DNA of 64,000 bases from Candidatus Shapirobacteria bacterium (GTDB lineage: Bacteria > Patescibacteriota > Microgenomatia > UM-FILTER-40-11): NCBI GenBank assembly GCA_020059745.1, contig JAGVBK010000004.1, positions 26,932 to 90,931 on the forward strand, read 5' to 3'. Both the position numbers and the translations under genes were made by a program. The notes beneath the pieces were generated by a model that was given only the letters and a program-made list of their open reading frames with translations, searched no databases and was not told the DNA's origin. Shown piece by piece: positions 61,179 through 64,000 of this stretch (its first letter is position 1; each line of letters opens with the position of its first letter).

Positions 61179-63155
61179 GTGAGGAAGTTATGGCCAATTT
61201 TACTGATAACGACAATTTTTTTCGTTCTCTTTCAATCCCGCTATATTTTTTTCTTTAAGTATGAACCTGAATATTACGAAGGTTTGTATTACCATTCCCA
61301 ATGGATATACCCAAGTAGCACTCGCGGGATTTCCGATGGGGAGCTTTACAAATTTGTAGGTTACCAGCTAGCAAACGGTGAAAACCCTTTTAATATAAAC
61401 TTCGAAATTCCACCTTTGGGTAAGTACTTATATGGTTTGGCAGAAAAGTATCTTGGCAACCCATATTGGGTTAGCGTTCTTCTTTTTCTCTTATCTACCG
61501 CAGTTATGTTTTTTTTAACGAAAGATTTGCTAAAAAACGAGTCCCTTTCTTTTTTGGCTGCCCTTCTTTTTACCACTACCCCTTTTGTCGCCACCCAGGT
61601 TTCTGAAACAATGCTTGATTTACCTTTGATGTTTTTTTACTTAGTTCAGGTTTTTTGTTTTACAAAATACCTAAAAAAACAAAACCTTAAGCATCTTATT
61701 CTTGCCGGGATATTTCTGGGACTCGCAACCGGAACAAAACCAGGCGTTTTTACTCCGGTAGTAGCTCTATTCGGGTTTTTAATGATTGGTTTTCTAAGCC
61801 GGAAAGCTATTCATCTTTTTACCTACCCGATTTCAATTTTTTCAGGTTATATTTTGGCTTTTTTTTGTTATTTTATAAAACACCCTAACCCGATTCCTTG
61901 GCTTAAACTTCACCAAAAATCACTGGAATTTTATCTTTTGCCTGAAAACGCTATTGACCACCTTCATGTTTGGAAAAGTGTTTTTCTGAACCGATATCAA
62001 GGGTGGTGGTGGAACGACAGGGGCACTGTCGGCGGTGCTTCCCCCGTTCTGCCTCTTGGTGTTTTAGCGCTTTTTCCTGTCTTTTATCTGGCAATTAAAA
62101 ATAAGAATTTTCCGATTCTTTACCTATCGGCAATAAGCTTAATTTTTTTGATTGTTAACACTTTTATTCCCTTTTTTCCCCGCTATTTAATGACAATTGT
62201 TCCTTTACTTATAATCCTCACTGTTTTTTTATTTAAGAAATTGCCCTGGCTTTTGGCATTTTTTGTCCTTGTCAACCTGCCCTTTTTAGTCTCAATTTTT
62301 TCACCCTGGCCTAACGGCGATGCTTTTGCCCTTGCCAGGTTTTTTTCCACCCGGGCCAACCATGAGCTTTACCGAAGCTTGACACCTGGACAAAGAAACC
62401 AAATTCCAGAAACTGATTTTATTGAATTAAATGAATCCTTTTTAGAAGGCTTGGGGGTAAGAAAAATAAACGCTGAAGTTGTTGATATTTCAAGGTCGGG
62501 AAATAAAGCAGAAGTGAAATACCAAATCAGCCTTGAAACAAAGTATGGATGGGTAGAACACAAACCAACCCTTAACTTTATTAAAAAGAAAAACCAGTGG
62601 CGGGCAGAATGGCAGTGGAGCTTTTTATGGCCCGGGTTTGGTCCTGGAAGTAATTTAACCATTAAAGAAGGCTCAATTCCACTCGCAAAGATTGAAACAA
62701 CCAAAGGGCAAACTTTGGCGATAAAAAATCCCGGAAAGCTGGTTTATGTCTTTCCAAGGGTGATGTTCGACTGGAACAAACACCTAAAGCTGCTTTCAAA
62801 TATTACCGGTGAAACCGAAAAGGAAGTTAATGAAAGAGCCAGAAGAGCGGTCCCTGATCACAGAGTAAGATACATAGGTTACCTTAACCCTGCTTTTGAC
62901 AAGGAAGGAATTGAAAAAGCTTACCAAGTTCCTGGAGTTGAATTAAAAGAAACAAGCTACCTTACAGTTTTAAAAGAGCCAGAATTAACTGCAAAGCTTA
63001 TTGGAAAATTACAAAAAGAAAAGCCTGAGCTTTTTTATGTAAGAGCTGAAGCATTTGTTGAAAATTCCCAAGGACAAAAATACCCAATTTTGTTTAAAGG
63101 CGTAGAGCAAAAAGAAACAATAATAAAAGTGGCACCAGACTACCAGCCGCTTTAA
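61179..63155 (+). CDS. GT-C fold (PMT/ArnT-like, GT39-type) membrane glycosyltransferase fused to an NTF2-like/PBP-dimerisation-like extracytoplasmic domain
   Basis: The N-terminal roughly 390 aa have more than 10 TM helices typical of PMT_2/ArnT-like enzymes. The C-terminal part (AEVKYQISLETKYGWVEHKPTLNFIKKKNQWRAEWQWSFLWPGF, then EGSIPLAKIETTKGQTLA) resembles the MecA_N/PBP2 N-terminal modules. No transpeptidase domain is present. Confidence 0.6.
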   Translation: MRKLWPILLITTIFFVLFQSRYIFFFKYEPEYYEGLYYHSQWIYPSSTRGISDGELYKFVGYQLANGENPFNINFEIPPLGKYLYGLAEKYLGNPYWVSVLLFLLSTAVMFFLTKDLLKNESLSFLAALLFTTTPFVATQVSETMLDLPLMFFYLVQVFCFTKYLKKQNLKHLILAGIFLGLATGTKPGVFTPVVALFGFLMIGFLSRKAIHLFTYPISIFSGYILAFFCYFIKHPNPIPWLKLHQKSLEFYLLPENAIDHLHVWKSVFLNRYQGWWWNDRGTVGGASPVLPLGVLALFPVFYLAIKNKNFPILYLSAISLIFLIVNTFIPFFPRYLMTIVPLLIILTVFLFKKLPWLLAFFVLVNLPFLVSIFSPWPNGDAFALARFFSTRANHELYRSLTPGQRNQIPETDFIELNESFLEGLGVRKINAEVVDISRSGNKAEVKYQISLETKYGWVEHKPTLNFIKKKNQWRAEWQWSFLWPGFGPGSNLTIKEGSIPLAKIETTKGQTLAIKNPGKLVYVFPRVMFDWNKHLKLLSNITGETEKEVNERARRAVPDHRVRYIGYLNPAFDKEGIEKAYQVPGVELKETSYLTVLKEPELTAKLIGKLQKEKPELFYVRAEAFVENSQGQKYPILFKGVEQKETIIKVAPDYQPL

Positions 63156-63170
63156 GCTTTTAACCTCTTT

Positions 63171-63509
63171 TTAATTTCTTGCGGCTTCACAGTTTTCTTT
63201 TGTTCCTGGAACCTGACTGTGAAATTTTACAATTGCCTCGCAAGGATAATCCTCACACTGACTGCAGCTTGTTAAGTTTTTTTCTTTGGCACAAAGCCTG
63301 TATGAACACTTAAAGCAGTGCTCATACCAAGGGCCTTCAGAATTACACCCCAAGCAATTTAAGTCTTCGGGGTTAATACCGGGGTGGCTATACTCTTTTT
63401 CCCATTTTCTTGCAGTTTTTTCCCTAAGAGAGTCGTCATCCTTAACCGTTGCTTGATAACAGTCACATTTTGAGCAGTCTAAACCGCAAACGCCAATATT
63501 TTTATTCAT
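63171..63509 (-). CDS. DUF3795-family Cys-rich protein
   Basis: ORF track 63171..63611, with ATG 63509 (MNKNIGVCGLDCSKCDCY) preferred. Further CxxC pairs are CLGC, CFKC and CSQCEDYPC. Confidence 0.75.
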   Translation of the reverse strand: MNKNIGVCGLDCSKCDCYQATVKDDDSLREKTARKWEKEYSHPGINPEDLNCLGCNSEGPWYEHCFKCSYRLCAKEKNLTSCSQCEDYPCEAIVKFHSQVPGTKENCEAARN

Positions 63510-63591
63510 ATTACTATTATAAACATTAATTTCGTTAATATGCTTTATATTTTTAAAAAGTTTTATAATAATAGAAATGAAAGGAGGAAAA

Positions 63592-63762
63592 ATGAAAAAA
63601 GCTTCCGGCACAGGCGCGGTTTACGGCCTGGGTTTTTTTGGCGCCTTGGTTTACTTTCTCCAACAGGCAACTTCATTTTGGGAGGGAGTACTTGGTGTCT
63701 TAAAAGCAATTTTTTGGCCAGGATTTTTAGTTTATGAGCTTCTCAGTTTTCTGGGAGTATAG
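63592..63762 (+). CDS. small two-TM membrane protein (hypothetical)
   Basis: ORF track 63577..63762. ATG 63592 is preceded by AAAGGAGG. Translation begins MKKASGTGAVYGLGFFGALVYFLQQATSFWEGVLGVLKAIFWPGFLVYELL. Confidence 0.6.
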   Translation: MKKASGTGAVYGLGFFGALVYFLQQATSFWEGVLGVLKAIFWPGFLVYELLSFLGV

Positions 63763-63783
63763 AAGTAGCCCTAAAATTAGATT

Positions 63784-63990
63784 TTAAAAAGACAAATAGC
63801 GTGCAATACCCGTTAGTGCGATTGCAGCAGCAACTCTTTTTAAAAATATTCTTCGCGACAGCTCTTTCGGCGACATCAGCCTTAAGGCTAATTTTTTTGA
63901 TTCACTTGATGATAACCCTGGAAAAATAATTTGATCAGCTAAATCCCAGGCCTGAGCCCCAAGAACAGCAAATCCTAGCCCTTTACTCAT
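63784..63990 (-). CDS. hypothetical 68-aa ORF ending in a twin-arginine-signal-like segment (possible gene remnant)
   Basis: The C-terminal 30 aa, MSPKELSRRIFLKRVAAAIALTGIARYLSF, match the SRRxFLK Tat motif plus an h-region. A stop follows immediately, so there is no mature domain. Confidence 0.3.
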   Translation of the reverse strand: MSKGLGFAVLGAQAWDLADQIIFPGLSSSESKKLALRLMSPKELSRRIFLKRVAAAIALTGIARYLSF

Positions 63991-64000
63991 TTGATTAGGA

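Overview
This 64-kb window is bacterial. Gene content suggests a reduced, fermentative, CPR/Patescibacteria-like organism, which is inference only. The evidence is DUF5652, DUF5667, DUF378 and four-helix-bundle IVS proteins, archaeal-type TIM and class I FBP aldolase, a split transketolase, NifS/NifU only, class III RNR and two PBP1A genes. About 75 protein genes are tightly packed. They include ftsH (partial), nrdD-nrdG, leuS, tandem PBP1A paralogs and an 11-gene glycolysis/pentose-phosphate operon at 22.2-31.7 kb. Also present are a 2-oxoacid:ferredoxin oxidoreductase, nifS-nifU-arsR, dinB, Ku, a Rad52-like annealing protein, a type IV coupling-protein-like ATPase and two histidine kinases. 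Four intact tRNAs are present: Trp-CCA, two CAT, and a rare TAT.

The most interesting signals are not in the ORF track:
1. A direct heptamer repeat in Pho-box-like arrangement, TTCTTAC-N4-TTATTAC, recurs upstream of about 10 genes. Most encode small stress-type proteins (KGG, two BON, GlsB/YeaQ, DUF378, AKR). The sites lie around an OmpR-family two-component pair, suggesting a stress regulon.
2. The glycyl-radical motif of the class III ribonucleotide reductase sits in a separate 44-codon ORF between nrdD and nrdG. One A in a homopolymer run would fuse it to nrdD.
3. In a scrambled tRNA(UAU) locus, an intact tRNA lies between a 5' half and two 3' halves, all broken at the anticodon-loop hexamer TTATAA.
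4. Two four-helix-bundle (23S IVS-type) genes are flanked by inverted repeats outside any rRNA.

No CRISPR array, rRNA or clear prophage was seen.
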